NCBI GenBank assembly: GCA_002269645.1
Contig: NIVC01001233.1
Coordinates: 1-64,000, forward strand
Source: Macrostomum lignano
Taxonomy: Eukaryota
Direction: 5' to 3'
Length of the DNA: 64,000 nt
Part shown: piece by piece, positions 60,571 to 64,000 of the stretch
Layout: each line of letters starts with the position of its first letter
Position numbering within the stretch: the stretch's first letter is position 1
Notes under the pieces: model-generated
Told to the model about the DNA's origin: nothing
The model's database searches: none
Seen by the model: the letters and a program-made list of their open reading frames with translations, nothing else
Made by a program: the position numbers and the translations under genes

Positions 60571-60921
60571 TTAGAACCCGTTGCCGCCGTCGAAGTCCGT
60601 GCCAATCAGCGCCGTAGTTGGCGACTTATTTGACGAAGCCAGCGAGTCGCCCCAGCGACCGCCTGCGACGCCTCGACGATGACCGCTACGGCGGAACACG
60701 AAAACGGAACAGCCCTGCACGATCAGCCAGATAGAGACGAGGGCCACCAGGCAGACGACCAGGGCCAGCGCGGCGTGAACGGCAGAGTTGAAGCGGGCGG
60801 TATCGTACTGGATGTAGTAATCCGGCCTGCGCAGCGCCTCCTCCAGGGTGACGCCGTTGACTGGCCGGAGGACAGCGATAACTGGCAGCACGGCCAGGAG
60901 CAGCGGTGCCAGTGGGCTCAT
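60571..60921 (-). CDS. Orphan small type-I membrane protein (116 aa)
   Basis: Signal-peptide-like MSPLAPLLLAVLPVIAVLRPVNG, a ~25-aa ectodomain, TM AVHAALALVVCLVALVSIWLIVQGCSVFVF and basic RRSGHRR. Codon usage is GC3-rich like neighbouring genes, and an acceptor ttacgcag lies 11 nt above the ATG. No family recognised. Confidence 0.7.
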   Translation of the reverse strand: MSPLAPLLLAVLPVIAVLRPVNGVTLEEALRRPDYYIQYDTARFNSAVHAALALVVCLVALVSIWLIVQGCSVFVFRRSGHRRGVAGGRWGDSLASSNKSPTTALIGTDFDGGNGF

Positions 60922-60999
60922 TGCTTGCACAGCTGCGTAACAATAGGGAGTAGATTAGCCAAAATCTAGGGGACAGACTAGCGAGAATCTAGAGAATAG

Positions 61000-61320
61000 A
61001 TTAGGGGAATCTAGGGAATAGATTAGAGGGAATCTAGAGAATAGATTATAGCGGGAATCTAGAGAATAGATTAGAGGGAATCTAGGGAATAGATTAGAGG
61101 GAATCTAAGGAATAGATTAGAGGGAATCTAGAGAATAGATTAGAGGGAATCTAGGGAATAGATTAGAGGGAATCTAGGGAATAGATTAGAGGGAATCTAG
61201 AGAATAGATTAGAGGGAATCTAGGGAATAGATTAGCGGGAATCTAGGGAATAGATTAGCGGGAATCTAGGGAATAGATTAGCGGGAATCTAGGAAATAGA
61301 TTAGAGGGAATCAATAGAAT
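61000..61320. repeat. ~23-bp minisatellite (gaatagattagagggaatctagg)
   Basis: About 14 copies between EMG1 and the orphan membrane gene. Confidence 0.9.
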
Positions 61321-61549
61321 AGATCAAAGGAAAGCCAATCATCCTATAAACTAGATTAGATAAAAATCGAACGCAAGCTAATGAAAACAGGTACAAAAAC
61401 GAACAGAATAAGCCAAACAAGACAGTGCTACATATCGCTTGTACCATCGATTTATTACACGTTAATAAGCACTCCAGGACACAATCGAGCGAATAAAAGC
61501 AGTAGAAGCACTTGAAGAAAATGCGACAAGGCCAACCAAGCAGAACTAG

Positions 61550-63274
61550 CTACTTATCAGTCCGGCTAGCAGTAGTATGTTCAGCGCGCAGCTCTTCAAT
61601 ACGCCAATACGTCTCGAATTCGCCAGTTAGCTTGGCGCAGGCCAGAGCGGCAGAGAGCGGATAGCCGCTGAGAGACACGCTGCCCTCCGCGTAGTCGGCC
61701 GATATTGAGCCGTGAGCCACGGCGCCGATCACGAATACGACTGGCTGGTCTGTTACTGGGGTTCGGCTCAGCTGCTCTGTCAGGCTGGCGTCCGCCTGCA
61801 CCGAGGTGATGAACTTGTGCGCCTGCGCCGGCAGGTGGTCCGTGATGGGGTTTTTTATCACCTACGGATGGGATAGATGAGTAAAGGGGAAGCTTTTTAG
61901 CGCCTGCGATGCTATATTGAAGGCATTAATAATTGAAGGTAGACATTAGGGGATCTGTTTAGATCATCAAGTCTCTAGATAGGTAGATTGATCTGTCAAT
62001 AGAGACTCGAGGATCTGGGTAGGTGGAGCTCTGAGGATCTGAGTAGGTGGAGACTTGAGGATCTGAGTAGGTGGAGCCTTGAGGAGCTGGGTAGGTGGAG
62101 AATTGAGAATCTGGCTAGGTGGAGCCTTGAGGATCTGGGTAGGTGGAGACTTGAGGATCTGAGTAGGTGGAGCCTTGAGGAGCTGGGTAGGTGGAGCCTT
62201 GAGGAGCTGGGTAGGTGGAGACTTGAGGATCTGGGTAGATGGAGACTTGAGGATCTGGGTAGATGGAGACTTGAGGATCTGGGTAGGTGGAGAATTGAGA
62301 ATCTGGCTAGGTGGAGCCTTGAGGAGCTGGGTAGGTGGAGAATTGAGAATCTGGGTAGATGGAGACTTGAGGATCTGGGTAGGTGGAGACTTGAGGATCT
62401 GGGTAGGTGGAGCCTTGAGGAGCTGGGTAGGTGGAGCCTTGAGGAGCTGGGTAGGTGGAGACTTGAGGATCTGAGTAGGTGGAGACTTGAGGATCTGGGT
62501 AGGTGGAGCCTTGAGGATCTGGGTAGGTGGAGCCTTCAGGATCTGGGTAGATGGAGACTTGAGGATCTGGGTAGGTGGAGACTTGAGGATCTGGGTAGGT
62601 GGAGCCTTCAGGATCTGGGTAGATGGAGACTTGAGGATCTGGGTAGGTGGAGACTTGAGGATCTGAGTAGGTGGAGCCTTGAGGAGCTGGGTAGGTGGAG
62701 CCTTGAGGAGCTGGGTAGGTGGAGACTTGAGGATCTGGGTAGGTGGAGCCTTGAGGAGCTGGGTAGATGGAGACTTGAGGATCTGGGTAGGTGGAGACTT
62801 GAGGAGCTGGGTAGGTGGAGCTTTGGAGAGCTGGGTAGATAGAGCCTGGATCTAGACTTAGTATGATAAAACTCAATGCGAGTGACTGGGCCATGCTCAA
62901 ACCTTAAGCAGTTTCTTCCTGCTACCCTCGGCGGCATGGATAGCGAGCTTGTGCAGCAGCTGCACCATCAGGCCAGCGAATCGATCATAGGTCCTAGGAA
63001 TTCGAGTCTGCGGATCCACCTGGATGAGCACGTTGCGGCTGGTGCGGACAAACACCTGCAATAGGCCGGCCCTGTTAAGAGGCGAGTCCTGCAGCATAAG
63101 CAAGCACTGGTGGGCGATGTCGGGCCGGTAGTCTGCGGGGTCCCGGCCCAGCTTCTTAATGCGGTCCCTGTGCCGGTCGGCCTGCAGCAGGACGTACTCG
63201 CCGCCGACCTTGGCCGTCTCGAGGCTGGCCGACTCCAGCACCACAATGAGGCGCTTCTCAGACTGGTGCGTCAT
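61550..63274 (-). CDS. EMG1: 18S rRNA pseudouridine methyltransferase EMG1/NEP1 (SPOUT fold); exons 63274-62903 and 61861-61550; ~227 aa
   Basis: [69 protein letters not shown]|[32 protein letters not shown]. Phase-0 GT-AG intron. Confidence 0.96.
62030..62835. repeat. 24-bp minisatellite (gaggatctgggtaggtggagactt) in the EMG1 intron
   Basis: About 33 copies. Confidence 0.95.
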
Positions 63275-64000
63275 GCATGAAACAAAATGATAAGAATTCG
63301 ATTTATTTAATATGATGCAGCTTTCCCTTGGGTTAGCTTTGAAAATTTGCCAAGGGGTTGCCGTGTGATTCAAACCCATAAGGGCCAACCCTTCTGTAGT
63401 AGAATATAACGAAATAGTAAAATATTAATTAGGACTATCATTAAACTTTGGTTGATAAAATTAGCTAATATATCAACCTGTAATAGTGACTTTAGACTGT
63501 GACTTAAACCAAGATGCGAAGAATGGGCGCGCCGACTCTACAGAGCCGACCTGCTTGGCAAAGCCAACGAGCACAAGTGGGCATGTGCCGTTGTGTGCAG
63601 CCTCCACTTCACTGACGAAATGTACAGTTGCCCAAGACTTCGCCAAGAGCCGGGCACGCAACTACTGACTACGGCATTTCCTGCTAGAAATCTGTACAAA
63701 GCGATTCCATCAGTCCTACAATGAAAATCTCTGACTGTCCGAGGTGAACCTTTAGACATGTCTTCGAGAAAGGACGCTCCGCCAATTACTGTGCCCTTAC
63801 CCAAGCCTACCGATCGAAGAGTTGCGACCATGCAGTAGCTAAGGCAGAAACTCAAGGCCAAGAGAAACACTTCAGCATAACTGAGATTCTCACAGTACAA
63901 GTACAGCTTCAGCAGAACAACGAAAGCTGCAACACCTGTTATCCGCTAAAGTATAGGTTGCCTGTTGTTTTAGGCTTAAACTGCTGCTCATACTGCTGTT

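Overview
This is eukaryotic (animal) genomic DNA, not prokaryotic. It has spliceosomal introns, GC-rich exons in an AT-rich background, TTAGGG-like repeats and about 20 mini/microsatellite arrays. The composition resembles a free-living flatworm such as Macrostomum, which is an inference only. Host genes supported by the sequence: two tandem PH-FYVE (PLEKHF/Phafin-like) paralogues, CDC37, three tandem signal-peptide-less EGF-TM genes, an IER-family immediate-early-like gene, a stomatin-family gene with a GC-AG intron, an intronless neuropeptide-type GPCR with altered DRY and NPxxY motifs, an orphan small type-I membrane protein and EMG1/NEP1. Mobile DNA: two decayed Ty3/Gypsy remnants, two head-to-tail Helitrons (STPR repeats + OTU protease + truncated RepHel), a LINE RNase H remnant, a Tc1/IS630 HTH remnant, two tRNA-headed SINE families and several MITE/foldback elements. 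The strongest candidate for an undescribed system is the EGF-TM cluster at 20.5-28.7 kb. It has an unusual C-x15-C-x5-C-x9-C-x-C-x8-C EGF module, identical ectodomains on unrelated membrane anchors, and an intron that has collapsed to 24 nt in one copy. All exon boundaries were inferred by eye and need transcript confirmation.
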